From Somniosus microcephalus (Eukaryota): DNA of 64,000 nucleotides. Positions 13,622 to 27,792 of this stretch are shown piece after piece. The DNA lies in assembly GCA_052327205.1 (NCBI GenBank), contig CM126226.1:30256001-30320000 (forward strand). Reading direction: 5' to 3'. Both the position numbers and the translations under genes were made by a program. The first letter of the stretch is position 1. Every line of letters begins with the position of its first letter. The notes under the pieces were generated by a model. That model was not told the origin of the DNA. It saw only the letters and a list, made by a program, of their open reading frames with translations, and searched no databases.

Positions 13622-14656
13622 GTGTGTATTGATTTCATTCATGGCCCAGGGCATTGTACATTGATTTAATTCACGGCCCAGGGTGTTGTGCATTGATTTC
13701 ATTCACGGCCCAGGGCAGTGTGCATTGATATCATTCACGGCCCAGGGCAGTGTGCATTGATTCGCTTCACAGCCCAGGGCGGTGTGCATTGATTTCATTC
13801 ACGGCCCAGGGTGGTGTGCATTGATTTCATTCACAGCCCAGGGTGGTGTGCATTGATTTCATTCACAGCCCAGGGCGGTGTGCATTGATTTCATTCACAG
13901 CCCAGGGCGGTGTGCATTGATTTCATTCACAGCCCAGGGTGGTGTGCATTGATTTCATTCACGGCCCAGGGTGGTGTGCATTGATTTCATTCACGGCCCA
14001 GGGCAGTGTGCATTGATTTCATTCACGGCCCAGGGTGGTGTGCATTGATTTCATTCACGGCCCAGGGCGGTGTGCATTGATTTCATTCACAGCCCAGGGT
14101 GGTGTGCATTGATTTCATTCATGGCCCAGGGTGGTGTGCATTGATTTCATTCATGGCCCAGGGCGGTGTGCATTGATTTCATTCACGGCCCAGGGCAGTG
14201 TGCATTGATTCGCTTCACAGCCCAGGGTGGTGTGCATTGATTTCATTCATGGCCCAGGGCGGTGTGCATTGATTTCATTCATGGCACAGGGCGGTGTGCA
14301 TTGATTTCATTCATGGCCCAGGGCGGTGTGCATTGATTTCATTCATGGCCCAGGGCGGTGTGCATTGATTTCATTCATGGCCCAGGGCGGTGTGCATTGA
14401 TTTCATTCATGGCCCAGGGCGGTGTGCATTGATTTCATTCATGGCCCAGGGCGGTGTGCATTGATTTCATTCATGGCCCAGGGCGGTGTGCATTGATTCC
14501 ATTCACGGCCCAGGGCAGTGTGCATTGATTTCATTCATGGCCCAGGGCGATGTGCATTGATTTCATTCACAGCCCAGGGCAGTGTGAATTGATTTCATTC
14601 ATGACCCAGGGCAGTGTGCATTGATTTGCTTCACAGCCCAGGGTGGTGTGCATTGA
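13622..14656. repeat. 32-bp minisatellite, about 32 units (gtgtgcattgatttcattcacggcccagggcg)
   Basis: Direct tandem periodicity of 32 nt. Confidence 0.97.
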
Positions 14657-15167
14657 GAGTAAATACAAATTTTGATAGTGGTAAAATTTTATTTGCCTGG
14701 AGCTCTCTCATAGTTTGTGAGTAGGAAGTAATGAGAAAGTGAATATTTTTAAAGAACAACTCCATTAGGGGCTCCACTAAATGACACAGTATTGTTGCCA
14801 TGTGAAGGATTGTGAGCATTTATGTTTTCTGTTTTAATTAGAAGTGAGGTTTAATTGGGCTCCTGGTGCACACAGAGGAGTGGGTGTGGTGTGCAGATAC
14901 AGATGTGGTGTGGGTTCACCTCTGGGATTTTCCACATGCCAGACTGAGATGACCCAATACTTCATGGGATGTGATGGACCTGGAGAGAAAGCACAGATGT
15001 AACCCAGTATGAAGAATTGGAAGAGACATCAAGGGCAATTCTGGGAATTGGAGAAGGTGAAGGGGGGTGTGATCCATACCAAAACTATTCGGGGAGAGTT
15101 CCCCTTATTCTCTCCAGTTTGGGGGGAGGGGTGGAAATGTTTGTACAGAGGGCAGCAGGCCAGGGCT

Positions 15168-15885
15168 TACATAGAATTTACAGCATAGAAACAGGCTATT
15201 CGGCCCGACAGGTCTATGCCGTCCTTTATGCTCTGCCCGAGTCTCCTCCCACCTTACCTCAGCTAACCTTATCAACATATCCTTCTATTCCTTTCTCCCT
15301 CATATACTTATCGCGTCCCCTAAACGCATCTATGCTCGTCACCTCAACCACTCCCTGTGGCTGCAAGTTCCACATCCTCACCGCTCTCTGAGTAATGACG
15401 TTACTCCTGAATTCCTTATTGGCTTTATTAAGAAGGAAGGAAAGATTTGCATTTATATAGCACCTTTCACAACCACCTGATGTCTCAAAGCACTTTACAG
15501 CCAATGAAGTACTTTTGAAGTGTAGCCACTGTTGTAATGTGGGAAATGTGGCAGCCAATTTGCGCACAGCAAGCTCCCACAAACAGCAATGTGAAAATGA
15601 TCAGATAATCTGTTTCTGTTATGTTGGTTAAGGGATAAATATTGGCCAGGGCACTGGGGATAACTCCCCTGCTCGTCTTTGAAATAGTGCCATGGGATCT
15701 TTTACATTCACCCGAGAGAGCAGACGGGGCCTCGGTTTAACGTCTCATCAGAAATACCTTATTAGTGACTATCGTATATTATGGCCCCTAGTTTTGGACT
15801 CCCCACTCTATCTCTACCCTATCAAACCCCTTCATAATTGTAAAGATCTCTATCAGGTCACCTCTCAGTCTTCTCTTTTCTGGAG
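15168..15885 (-). mobile_element. CR1 3' fragment interrupted by a 5'-truncated Deu-SINE (15431-15750, -)
   Basis: CR1 3' sequence at 15168-15430 and 15755-15885. The reverse complement of the SINE tail/Deu domain lies between them, with ttatta at both junctions. Confidence 0.8.
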
Positions 15886-17199
15886 AAAATATTGTGAAGA
15901 TGGGTGAATATTCTGGATTGCTTTTGGATTTTCATTAGGGAGTATTTATGCAGAGCATTCCCCCAGGGGGTAGGTGTGGGGGTGGAGGGCGCATAGAATC
16001 CATGAGAGGCTAGATTGTACACGACCTGTGTTAGCTTGTGTACATCCCTGATGTTGCTGAGGCATCAGGGGGACAGAGGGGTGGAGGGAGAATTCAGCCC
16101 AGGCTCCTCTCATTTAGCTCCCAGTCGCTGTTCAGACAGCGGTATTGCTGGAGGGTGTGGGGCAGTTTACCTGCAGCTTTCCTATTGCCCTGACTGGGGA
16201 GTGGCGCTCAGCACTTGGGGGAAGCCTTCAGGAGAGCAGGAAATAAAATTAGAATTAGCATTAAATTACTTCAATGAGCGCAAATATTCAAGTGCTTCTT
16301 TATTCACGAACCCTGACAATTTGCAAGTCTTTTCTTGTTCCTCAAATGTTGGTTAAAGGTCAGATTTCACTGTGGCTGTGCCAGCAGTGGGTTGGGCTGA
16401 AACATCAGCAGAAAAACTGTCCTGTCCTCTCCTCCCCTCCCCTCCCGCCTGTTCCTCTCAGAATGGCCGAGCTGGTGATGCACCCGGAGGCGGCGAACGG
16501 TTCGTTCGCTCGTTTATTTATCAATCAGATTTGTGCTTCACGGGGAGGGTGGATGTTGCTGGTTCACACACACATCCGGCAGGTTTCCGTCTAAAACACT
16601 GATGTCATGTCAGCAAAAAAAACCTTTCTGAAAAAAATGTTGCCGTACAATCGGAAAGTTCAAATTTGTGTCTTGCAGCCAAATCTGCTGCCTCCATCAG
16701 GCCAAGTTGATAAGAAAGAGCTCGGAGTTCATAGAACCTTTCAAAAACAGGCCAAAATAATCAAAGCCAACGCATTTTTAAATGGGCAATAGCCGTATAA
16801 AGCAATCAACCGCTAGCCTAGATCTGTCAGACTAAAAAAGCCGAGTTTCAGTCTGTAATGAGGCAAAGGTGGCTTCACTCTGTCCTGGTACTTAAAACCA
16901 CAACAGGAGGTGTTCCCAGCTTCTGTATGGCCTGTAGCACATTCACTGTGCAGGGTGTGGATGGGTAGAGCAAAGTGTCAATGAGCAGGACTGGGCATGA
17001 ACGTCTTACTATGTATTGACAGGTCATGATGTTGGCTTGTAGGTCTTGGTACGGGTGGGTAGGGCATGAATGTTTGGATATGATAGAACAATATAGACCC
17101 TTAGATGTAAACACAGAAGATTTAACTCCAGTGATAGACTGATGGCTTTGACAACATGGGAACTAGGATCTAAACAGATGCAAAAATCACATGGAGCGG

Positions 17200-17470
17200 G
17201 AGGATGGACGGTGGCTCAGTGGGTAAAAATACCACCTGAAGTGGAACAGACTTGAAGATCCCATGTTTGAACCCTGGTCTGTGCTGAGTTAGAATATTTC
17301 AGATGGGGACTCAGTAAGGGTGCTACAACCATCATCAGTGCTCCTGGTTTAGAGAAGAGGAAATCAGCCAGGGTTTTTGCTGTAGATCTCCATTCAGTGA
17401 CGCCTGTTGGAAGTGTGCTTGTGTGGATGTCAAGTGAGGATCAGATCAGACTCGCCTTTAATACCTTCCA
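17200..17470 (+). mobile_element. Old SINE-like repeat, unclassified family (further copies near 36640, 37790, 41270, 48930, 50980, 53930, 62420)
   Basis: Head with A/B-box-like motifs, then recurring blocks cctggtctgtgctgagtt...gaaaatcagccagggtt...gtgagga...atgaagaatg.cacttggg seen at several places in the window. Confidence 0.55.
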
Positions 17471-17489
17471 TTGTTTGAAAAAAAATGTT

Positions 17490-17880
17490 CACAGGATGTG
17501 GGCGATGTTGGATAGCCCGCATGAATTACCCATCCCTAGTTGTCCTAAGAAGGTGGTGGTGGGCCATCTTCTTGGACTGCTACAGTCCTTGTGCTGATGT
17601 GCTCTCACAATGGTGCGAGGTAGGGAATTCCAGGGTTTTGACCCAGTGATGGTGAAGGAACAGTGGTATGTGTCCAAGTCAGGATGGTATGTGACTTAAG
17701 GGGAACTTGGAGATGATGATGTTCCCATGATCTTGCTGCTCTTGATCATATGGCTGGGAGGTGCTATCGATATCACCTTAGTGAGTTGCTGCAGTGCATC
17801 CTGTACATAGTACATATTGCAGCCACAATGTGCCAGTGGTGGAAGGGGTGGACATTGATCCCAGTGGCAGGGGTTGAATG
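17490..17880 (-). mobile_element. Decayed 3' fragment of the same LINE family as 1263-2254
   Basis: Reverse complement of the 1860-2230 region. ORF 17773-17958 contains HHWHIVAAICTMYRMHC. Confidence 0.8.
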
Positions 17881-19296
17881 CTCCTTGTTTAGGCTCAAAC
17901 ATGAAACATGGGCATTTGGGGGAGGTGTCAGGTTGATGCCTGGAGCCTGTGAAATCACAAGATCAGTTTAACCCATTTGATCTCATGCTTCTAGAATACC
18001 AACCCAGCACCTCTTCATTACAGCATCCAACTGTTTCTTAAATGGGTCCAAGTTTTAGCCTCAACCACCCTTTCTGACTCCTGACCCAGCATCCTTTTGT
18101 TCTGCTGCCCTGGTGTATTTGAATGTATTGTTGCGTTTGTTTTCTCTATCCCATTAAGTAGCTTGAAGGTCACCTGTAAGATGTCTCCTTCTGAGGCTGA
18201 ACAGCTCTAGCTTATCATGTCATTCCTCACAGTTCATCCTTCTGGGTGGAATCAACCTCATACTCCTCCGCACTGCCCCTCGGGCCTATTGTTTCAGTAA
18301 CCAGAACGGTATGCACTAATCTAGGTGCAGGGTGACCAAGAGCACTGTATGGCTTCAACATGACCTCCTGGGATTTCAACACAACTGATATGGCAATATG
18401 ACCTAGCATCCTATGAGTGTTGTTTCTTACTGTCTCACACTGTGGTGGGCAACAAGTCAATTAAGACCACAGCAAAGATTTGGCATCTTTATGGGGAAAT
18501 AGCTTGGGACCAAGTGGATGGATTTGACATGTGACAGGGGCTGTGTTTATAAGGATTGTATAGGGGCTGGTTTATTAATAGGGAATGGTTATCTTGGAAT
18601 GGGAATTCCGGGGCGCTGTGATATTTTGCTTGGGTAGGTTCACAGTACAGTTTACATTGCTTGTTCTAACTTGCTTGCTGCTGGTTCTAACTTGCTTGTT
18701 GACTGTTTAAGAATGACTGATGCTCTGGTTTTGATTACTTTGGCCTGTTTGAAGAGCTATATAAACTCCAGGCTCCGCTTGCTCCATTTGGCTGATGAGG
18801 AATGTAGCTGTGATTGGTAGAGAGCCAGCGTTCAGTCTGTGAGATTTAAGGTCCTGTGTCGGTGCCAGTCCAGTTAAGTAAACTTAAAGTTTCTCTGTGT
18901 GATGAAATTTAATTGTTGCGTTTTTATACGCCCCGCCATTTCTGATGGTGTAGTCCTATCTGTAAAACCCATAATGTATGGGAATAATAATGTTGCATTA
19001 TGTGCTTGGCATAGGAGGTGGCATTTTACAATTGTCTGTCTAAATAAGGAAATTTGTTTATGGTCAGTATATCTCTTCTGCTTTGTAAAAAAATTGTTCA
19101 TTCTCATTCCGTGTTGTGAGTTATCCCAGTGTCCTTCACCCCCCCAACCAGGGACCAGCTTCCTATGCCATGTACCCACTGCAGTCTCTGGGAGGGTCCA
19201 GCTTCCTGGCCTGTACCATTGCTGCTATGAGACCTGCTGGCAGGACCTACTCCAGTAGGTTGGGTGAGTCCTGCTCCCTTTCACCCTGGGTGTTTG

Positions 19297-22200
19297 ATGG
19301 CGATACTCCCTGTGTCCTGTGTGAGACCCATGGCGATACTCCCTGTGTCCTGTGTGAGTCCCATGGCGATACTCCCTGTGTCCTGTGTGAGACCCATGGC
19401 GATACTCCCTGTGTCCTGTGTGAGTCCCATGGCGATACTCCCTGTGTCCTGTGTGAGACCCATGGCGATACTCCCTGTGTCCTGTGTGAGTCCCATGGTA
19501 ATGCTCCCTGTGTCCTGTGTGAGTCCCATGGTGATACTCCCTGTGTCCTGTGTGAGACCCATGGCGATACTCCCCGTGTCCTGTGTGAGACCAATGGCGA
19601 TACTCCCTGTGTCCTGTGTGAGTCCCATGGCGATACTCCCTGTGTGCTGTGTGAGTCCCATGGCGATGCTCCCTGTGTGCTGCATGAGTCCCATGGCGAT
19701 GCTCCCTGTGTGCTGCATGAGTCCCATGGCGATACTCCCTGTGTGCTGTGTGAGTCCCATGGCGATGTGTCCTGTGTGCTGTGTGAGTCCCATGGCGATG
19801 CTCCCTGTGTGCTGTGTGAGTCCCATGGCGATGTGTCCTGTGTGCTGTGTGAGTCCCATGGCGATGTGTCCTGTGTGCTGTGTGAGTCCCATGGCAATGC
19901 TCCCTGTGTGCTGCATGAGTCCCATGGCGATGCTCCCTGTGTGCTGCATGAGTCCCATGGCGATGCTCCCTGTGTCCTATGTGAGACCCATGGCGATGTG
20001 TCCTGTGTGAGTCCCATGGCGATGCTCGCTGTGTGAGTCCCATGGCGATACTCCCTGTGTCCTGTGTGAGACCCATGGCGATGTGTCCTGTGTGAGTCCC
20101 ATGGCGATGCTCGCTGTGTGAGTCCCATGGCGATGCTCCCTGTGTCCTGTGTGAGTCCCATGGCGATACTCCCTGTGTCCTGTGTGAGTCCCATGGCGAT
20201 ACTCCCTGTGTGCTGTGTGAGTCCCATGGCGATACTCCCTGTGTCCTGTGTGAGACCCATGGCGATACTCCCTGTGTCCTGTGTGAGTCCCATGGCGATG
20301 CTCCCTGTGTCCTGTGTGAGTCCCATGGCGATGCTCCCTGTGTGCTGTGTGAGACCCATGGCGATGCTCCCTGTGTCCTGTGTGAGTCCCATGGTGATAC
20401 TCCCTGTGTCCTGTGTGAGACCCATGGCGATGTGTCCTGTGTGAGACCCATGGCGATACTCCCTGTGTGCTGTGTGAGTCCCATGGCGATGCTCCCTGTG
20501 TGCTGTGTGAGATCCATGGCGATACTCCCTGTGTGCTGTGTGAGTCCCATGGCGATACTCTCTGTGTCCTGTGTGAGACCCATGGCGATACTCCCTGTGT
20601 CCTGTGTCGGACCCATGGCGATACTCCCTGTGTCCTGTGTGAGACCCATGGCGATACTCCCTGTGTCCTGTGTCAGACCCATGGCGATACTCCCTGTGTC
20701 CTGTGTGAGACCCATGGCGACACTCCGTGTCCTGTGTGAGACCCATGGCAATGCTCCCTGTGTCCTGTGTGAGGCCCATGGCGATACTCCCTGTGTGCTG
20801 TGGGAGACCCATGGCGATGCTCCCTGTGTCCTGTGTGAGTCCCATGGCGATGCTCCCTGTGTCCTGTGTGAGACCCATGGCGATGCTCCCTGTGTCCTGT
20901 GTGAGTCCCATGGCGATACTCCCTGTGTCCTGTGTGAGTCCCATGGCGATACTCCCTGTGTGCTGTGTGAGACCCATGGCGATACTCCCTGTGTCCTGCA
21001 TGAGTCCCATGGCGATGCTCCCTGTGTCCTGTGTGAGTCCCATGGCGATACTCCCTGTGTCCTGTGTGAGACCCATGGCGATACTCCCTGTGTGCTGTGT
21101 GAGTCCCATGGCGATACTCCCTGTGTCCTGTGTGAGACCCATGGCGATACTCCCTGTGTCCTGTGTGAGTCCCATGGTGATGCTCCCTGTGGCCTGTGTG
21201 AGTCCCATGGCGATGCTCCCTGTGTGCTGTGTGAGACCCATGGCGATGCTCCCTGTGTCCTGTGTGAGTTCCATGGTGATACTCCCTGTGTCCTGTGTGA
21301 GACCCATGGCGATGTGTCCTGTGTGAGACTCATGGCGATACTCCCTGTGTGCTGTGTGAGTCCCATGGCGATACTCCCTGTGTCCTGTGTGAGACCCATG
21401 GCGATGCTCCGTGTGCTGTGTGAGTCCCATGGCGATGCTCCCTGTGTGCTGTGTGAGTCCCATGGCGATGCTCCCTGTGTGCTGTGAGAGTCCCATGGCG
21501 ATGCTCCCTGTGTGCTGTGTGAGTCCCATGGCGATACTCCCTGTGTGCTGTGAGATCCATGGCGATACTCCCTGTCTGCTGTGTGAGTCCCATGGCGATA
21601 CTCTCTGTGTCTTGTGTGAGACCCATGGCGATACTCCCTGTGTCCTGTGTTGGACCCATGGCGATACTCCCTGTGTGCTGTGTGAGTCCCATGGCGATGC
21701 TCCCTGTGTGCTGTGTCAGGCCCATGGTGATACTCCCTGTGTCCTGTGAGTCCCATTGCGATACTCCGTGTCATGTGTGAGTCCCATGGCGACACTCCGT
21801 GTCCTGTGTGAGACCCATGGCAATGCTCCCTGTGTCCTGTGTGAGACCCATGGCGATACTCCCTGTGTGCTGTGTGAGACCCATGGCGATGCTCCCTGTG
21901 TCCTGTGTGAGACCCATGGCGATGCTCCCTGTGTCCTGTGTGAGTCCCATGGCGATACTCCCTGTGTCCTGTGTGAGTCCCATTGCGATACTCCCTGTGT
22001 GCTGTGTGAGACCCATGGCGATACTCCCTGTGTCCTGCATGAGTCCCATGGCGATGCTCCCTGTGTCCTGTGTGAGACCCATGGCGATACTCCCTGTGTC
22101 CTGCGTGAGTCCCATGGCGATACTCCCTGTGTGCTGTGTGAGTCCCATGGTGATACTCCCTGTGTCCTGTGTGAGTCCCATGGTGATACTCCCTGTGTCC

Positions 22201-23925
22201 TGTGTGAGTCCCATGGCGATGCTCCCTGTGTCCTGTGTGAGTCCCATGGCGATGCTCCCTGTGTCCTGTGTCGGATCCATGGCGATACTCCCTGTGTCCT
22301 GTGTGAGTCCCATGGCGATACTCCCTGTGTCCTGTGTGAGACCCATGGCGATACTCCCTGTGTCCTGTGTGAGTCCCATGGCGATACTCCCTGTGTCCTG
22401 TGTGAGACCCATGGCGATACTCCCTGTGTCCTGTGTGAGTCCCATGGCGATACTCCCTGTGTCCTGTGTGAGTCCCATGGCGATACTCCCTGTGTCCTGT
22501 GTGAGACCCATGGCGATACTCCCTGTGTCCTGTGTGAGTCCCATGGCGATACTCCCTGTGTCCTGTGTGAGTCCCATGGCGATACCCCCTGTGTCATGTG
22601 TGAGTCCCATGGCGATACTCCCTGTGTCCTGTGTGAGACCCGTGGCGATACTCCCTGTGTCCTGTGTGAGACCCATGGCGATACTCCCTGTGTCCTGTGT
22701 GAGACCCATGGCGATACTCCCTGTGTCCTGTGTGAGACCCATGGCGATACTCCCTGTGTCCTGTGTGAGACCCATGGCGATACTCCCTGTGTCCTGCATG
22801 AGTCCCATGGTGATACTCCCTGTGTCCTGTGTGAGACCCATGGCGATACTCCCTGTGTCCTGTGTGAGACCCATGGCGATACTCCCTGTGTGTTGTGTGA
22901 GACCCATGGCGATACTCCCTGTGTGCTGTGTGAGACCCACGGCGATACTCCCTGTGTCCTGTGTGAGACCCATGGCGATACTCCCTGTGTCCTGTGTGAG
23001 ACCCATGGCGATACTCCCTGTGTCCTGCATGAGTCCCATGGTGATACTCCCTGTGTCCTGTGTGAGACCCATGGCGATGCTCCGTGTCCTGTGTGAGACC
23101 CATGGCGATACTCCCTGTGTTCTGCATGAGTCCCATGGTGATACTCCCAGTGTCCTGTGTGAGACCCATGGCGATGCTCCGTGTCCTGTGTGAGACCCAT
23201 GGCGATACTCCCTGTGTCCTGTGTGAGTCCCATGGCGATACTCCCTGTGTCCTGTGTGAGACCCATGGCGATACTCCCTGTGTCCTGTGTGAGACCCATG
23301 GCGATACTCCCTGTGTGAGTCCCATGGCGATACTCCCTGTGTCCTGTGTGAGACCCATGGCGATACTCCCTGTGTCCTGTGTGAGTCCCATGGCGATACT
23401 CCCTGTGCCCTGTGTGAGACCCATGGCGATACTCCCTGTGTCCTGTGTGAGTCCCATGGTGATACTCCCTGTGTCCTGTGTGAGACCCATGGCGATACTC
23501 CCTGTGTCCTGTGTGAGACCCATGGTGATACTCCCTGTGTCCTGTGTGAGACCCATGGCGATGCTCCGTGTCCTGTGTGAGTCCCATGGCGATACTCCCT
23601 GTGTCTTGTGTGAGACCCATGGCGATACTCCCTGTGTCCTGTGAGGCCCATGGCGATACTCCCTGTGTCCTGTGTGAGTCCCATGGCGATACTCGCTGTG
23701 TCCTGTGTGAGACCCATGGCGATGCTCCGTGTCCTGGCTGCGTCCCATGGCGATACTCCCTGTGTCCTGTGTGAGTCCCATGGCGATACTCCCTGTGTCC
23801 TGCATGAGTCCCATGGTGAAGCTACCACTCTCCTGGCTGAGTCCCATGGCGATTCTCCTTCAGTCATTGTGTGAGCCCCATGGCGACTCGCCCTCTCTCC
23901 CTTCTCTTGGCTCCTGCCCATGGTG
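19297..23925. repeat. 33-bp minisatellite, roughly 135-140 units (cccatggcgatactccctgtgtcctgtgtgaga)
   Basis: 11-codon periodicity in all long ORFs here. The array decays into diverged units at 23730-23925. Confidence 0.98.
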
Positions 23926-25471
23926 ACATGGCTGAGATTGGATAATGGCGGAGGCCACCTGCAACTCTGAGATGCAGTCTGGCTGCAGCACACCATGCAT
24001 CCGACTGATTTGAGTCAGGCTAATCTAATCAAGCTATAGGGAGGTAAAGTTAACACATTCTAAAGGCAACTGGCCTACTATATGAATAACTGAGGGTTGC
24101 AGGAGTGTGTTAATGATGGCATATAAAAGGTAATTTTTTTTCTTTGCTATGTTTGCAATAATTATGAAATTCCTCATTACCACTTCCTTACTCTTATGTC
24201 TCTCTTTTCCCCATGGGTGACACCTTGCTCCATGATGCGGCGATCTCCCTGTTGATTATATTTCCCTTGTCCTCATCATATGTGTCAAGAGCTGCATAAT
24301 TATTGAGCACCTCCAGACCCATTGGGTCTTCCTGTTCTGCTTCATCTTCCTCCCTCTGTTGATGGTCAACCACTTCCATTCCTCGGTTCACTACTGCTCC
24401 CTACCTGTCTTCCAGAAATCCTTCCTTTTAATATGTAACAGTGGAGAAAGAAAGGTTGAGAACAAAAATGTAAGCTCAGTGGATCCAAAAAATAGCTCGG
24501 GTTCTTGTTATGGGACTGAGATGTCAGCATAAGCTCTGCCTTTGGAGCGAGGTTATCTGAAGTTGCCAATTAACTGATTATATTGAGCAGATTCAGATAT
24601 GGGACCACTAAAGAGGAATGAACAGCGATTCATGATCTGACATGTTTTACATCCATATGCTGTTCTTTCTATTGCATATTCAGCCTTTTCTAATCTGCTG
24701 AGCACATATCTTGACCAGAAAAGGCGCAGCTGGTTAGTGTAGGTCTGGTCCCAATTATTTTGTGTTTTGTTTTGTATGGTGGGTGGGTGGGGTAAGAGAG
24801 ACAGGCGTGTCTCAAAATTCACCCTTTCACCCTTTGCAAGCTCGAAAAGACTCTGAGAAATTGTGTTTGGGTAGTAACAGGCAAGTGAAAGAAGTGAAAG
24901 AATCCATTCTAACTCCAGAAACACTGCCTCCTACAGAACAGTGCATAGACTGAACTGTGTAGCTGTCTGGAAATTCACTTGCCTACCGGCCCAGCTGAAG
25001 AGTGGCAAAGTGGGATTTAGTGGTTAGGAGGGTCAGGTTAAGCACCCTAATTCAAACTAAACCGTGAGAATTGGACAAGAGACTGTTTTAAATGTTGTGT
25101 CTGGACTAGATATTCTCTCAGGTTCGGCATCAATACTGTCCCATAAGTGGACCTTGCATCCCTTACGATCAAAAGTTTGCCTTTACCGGCTGATATCTAG
25201 CCTTACGTTAGCATGACTTGGGGGTCGTAACAATGAAATCCCACATTATGCAATTATTGTAATCTCACATATGCCCCTCACATGTGTTTCCCCATCTTCT
25301 GACAAGTGGACTGAAGAACATTCTAGTGGATGAGGCCCATTATAAATTAACAAGCTGATTTATTTTACATATGATATATGGACAGAGTAATTTTTAGAAT
25401 GAAATTTAATTATTACGTAACGCACTTTGTAACATAGAAAATAACAATATACGCAACATTATCCCTGTCAG

Positions 25472-25948
25472 TGTCAGCTGTGGCTCAGTGGGCAGCACCC
25501 TCGCCTCTGAGTCAGAAGGTTGTGGGTTCAAGTCCCACTCCAGGGACTTGTGCACATAAAGCTAGGCTGACACTCCAGTGCAGTGCTGAGGGAGTGCTAC
25601 ACTGTTGGAGATGCCGTCTTTCGGATGAGACGTTAAACCGAGACCCCGTCTGCTCTCTCAGGTGGACGTAAAAGATCCCATGGCACTATTTTGAAGAAGA
25701 GCAGGGGAGTTATCCCTGGTGTCCTGGCCAATATTTATCCCTCAACTAACATAACAAAAACAGATTATCTGGTCATTATCACATTGCTGTTTGTGGGAGC
25801 TTGCTGTGTGCAAATTGGCTGCTACATTTCCCACATTACAACAGCGACTACACTTCAAAAAGTACTTCGTTGGCTGTAAAGCGCTTTGAGGTGTCCGGTG
25901 ATCGTGAAAGGCGCTATATAAATGCAAGTCTTTCTTTCTTTCTTTCTT
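25472..25948 (+). mobile_element. Deu-domain SINE (SacSINE1/AmnSINE1-like), full length
   Basis: Intact A box (gtggctcagtgg) and B box (gggttcaagtccc), Deu domain and (ttct)n tail. Confidence 0.88.
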
Positions 25949-27792
25949 TGTTAGCAGCCTAAATACACTTCTAAGACTAGTAATTTCCCTGAAACCAGTT
26001 GACTCTGAAGCAGGGAGCTCTCACTCTCTTTTCTGTCTTATCTTCTTATCACACCTCTGAAGAATCTATATTTCATTTCTTAGCTTGACAGGAAGCCAAA
26101 GGTTTGACCTCTGACCCTCCCCCTGCTTGCCGTGCTTGGGGATTGGCTCAGTCAAGCTGCCAATTAAACCTGCTTCCATCCTCCTAGGCCTAGATATCAG
26201 ACAACCAACCTTGGCTGAGCTCACATAAATACACCCATTCTAACAAATCACGTGGGAGTGTTTTCAATGAGCCTCCACTATCCCGAGCTGATTCGGTGCG
26301 TGGGAAGCACTGTTCTGGCTGTGTCTAATTTACACTCCCAGCATGATGCCGTTCTGGGGATATAATCCTTGGTGAGCTAAATTGAAATTAATAACTCATT
26401 TAAAGACCTTTATATAAATTTCCCCCAATTCCTCTTAGATTATATGGTCAAAGAAAATCCCAAGACATGATCAGGTTCAAACTAGGAAAAGGAACATTTA
26501 GGACAGATATTAGGAAGTTCTTCTTCACACACAGAGCGATCAACACTCCGCAGTAGCGTAGTGGAGGAAGAAACCCTGGAATAATTTAAAGGAGGCAGAG
26601 ACTGCAGGGATGAGCTGTGACGGGCCAAACGGCCATTCTGATCTGTATCTATCTTGTAAAGGGCTGCATAGAAAAATGAGAATGGTGCAGAATGGTGTGA
26701 TAAAAGCCTAAAGGACTGAGTTAACGTTAGTTTGAGCTATTGGGACACTTAAATTATAGCCTATTTATGTAATCTTTGCAATAATGAAACCCATTTAACA
26801 TTGGTGAGCTAACAGAGTAAGGAGTCAGAATCCAGACTGATCAATACTTTGAGAAGTTCACCATCACCATGCCATCTTTCCCCTTGTTCAAGCTCAATAA
26901 AGAAGTTCAGATATGACAAATTTTAACCGTGATCTTTTCTATGTCCAAGTTGCAACTTTGAAAAATAAGAAGGAACTATCCAATAATGCTTAAATCAAAG
27001 TCCTCTTCCTCTGGACTAGGGGGGAAAAGGGGGAGATTGCAGTCTTATTGCAGTGTAATTTTTAAATATCTCATGTGCGGTGTGAGGGTGATGTGGGTGC
27101 GATTGTGTTGTGTTTTACTCTGTCTCTTTTTGAATCCAGAAGGAGAGAATGGAGCTGCCACCTCTGTAGGTCCAGAAGAAGTTTAACCCAATCAAATTGT
27201 CTTTATGTGAATGATTTCGGGCGTTTGTTGCTAGCAGCCTGTGTGAGCACCCACTGTGATAAACCTGAACATTTACATCATTCAAACTCAATCGGACACT
27301 TGAAATGTGCTGTTGTGAGGCACTTACAGGAACGAAGACAGCATATTCTCTATGTGCAAATAGGAGGTGGAGACGGCAGGAATGAGCTAAGTTGGGCCAA
27401 ATCCACGTCCTCTATTCCAGCATTGTGAAGCTCGTGGTATTGGAAACTGCATCTCATCACATCAGATGCATTGTCCTTTCTGCTTCAGGAATGACTGCAG
27501 CTGAGCTCAGACATTCTTTCCTGGTGAACTCTCAACCTGTTTGATTTTCAGTGCCAGAGGCACAACCATGTACAGAGAAACGGGAGAAATCAGGGCCAAT
27601 TCATGGGCTTAGAGTGAGGAGGGGGGGAGCGAGAGACACCGAAGGACATAACTCACGGATTAAACTTCTGGCGGAGGGTTCATGCATCTCTCTCATTCTC
27701 TTCCCCCCTCCCTCAAGTGGATACATCTATGGGTTGAGCTATTCTTTGAGGTGACTACTCATTGCTAATTGGCATCTTTTCTCTCTAGGACC

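Noticed and set aside
13622-14656. CRISPR-like periodicity in the 32-34 bp arrays
   Set aside because: Units are head-to-tail with no unique spacers, there are no cas genes, and the context is eukaryotic.
18750-18880. TATA-like site as the NBL1 promoter or first exon
   Set aside because: The motif alone is insufficient, with no clear donor or CpG island. The non-coding first exon could not be located.
19116-23996. Long ORFs up to 856 aa, including Cys/His-rich metallothionein or zinc-finger-like repeats
   Set aside because: They are by-products of a 33-bp unit lacking stops. They overlap in five frames, frames switch at indels, and there is no splice or codon evidence.
1-27700. MICOS10 exons upstream of NBL1
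   Set aside because: No matching peptide recognised in this interval.
27552-27750. Extra NBL1 exon (ttttcag acceptor, gag|gtgact donor)
   Set aside because: Would leave a 38-nt intron before 27789, and the ATG at 27567 opens only a short ORF.
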